In this document: in pieces, positions 63,858 to 64,000 of the stretch | Numbering within the stretch: the first letter of the stretch is position 1 | How the letters are laid out: each line of letters opens with the position of its first letter | Assembly (NCBI RefSeq): GCF_002113885.1 | Contig: NW_018406841.1 | Coordinates: 1 to 64,000 of the forward strand | Length of the DNA stretch: 64,000 bases | Reading direction: 5' to 3' | Source of the DNA: Mizuhopecten yessoensis | Lineage: Eukaryota | The notes under the pieces: model-generated | Told to the model about the DNA's origin: nothing | What the model saw: the letters and a program-made list of their open reading frames with translations, nothing else | Database searches by the model: none | Program-made: the position numbers and the translations under genes

Positions 63858-64000
63858 CTACCATTTGAAATAGAAATATGTGTTAGCAAGCCTTTATAAA
63901 AGGTAAAAGACTAGGAAGTACGTTATGTAGCTTAAAGGTCTGGTTTCGATATTGCAACACTCCAAATATAAACTTTCGCAAATGATGGGGATGACCTTGT

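Overview
AT-rich, intron-containing eukaryotic DNA from a draft assembly (443-nt N gap at 31731-32173, single n at 382 and 57567). The SINE and TE repertoire suggests an invertebrate, probably a bivalve mollusc (inference). Manual splicing reveals what the ORF track hides: a tandem cluster of at least six paralogous genes (called A-F here) plus several orphan 5' exons. The family encodes an unnamed single-pass membrane receptor with a 6-exon plan: signal peptide | small Cys exon | ~120-aa 6-Cys domain | Cys + Thr/Ser/Pro mucin stalk | 79-nt TM exon | cytoplasmic exon with tyrosine motifs. Genes B (-, 305 aa) and E (+, ~494 aa) look complete, D is a pseudogene, C has no visible TM/tail exon, and A and F run off the window. 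The tails differ sharply: B has VHYDSL-x10-YEEM...YVNT (ITIM/ITAM-like, YxxM, YxN); D and F lose these sites stepwise; inverted gene E joins a C/D-type ectodomain to an unrelated tail with four 36-aa DIYAQV-type repeats. This architecture resembles paired immune or allorecognition receptor complexes, but the function is inferred, not shown. Mobile elements include a decayed ~5.6-kb DIRS1-like tyrosine-recombinase retrotransposon in an intron of gene F, Penelope (GIY-YIG) and CR1/L2 fragments, tRNA-derived SINEs, MITEs, hammerhead-ribozyme-like mini-insertions and tandem repeats.
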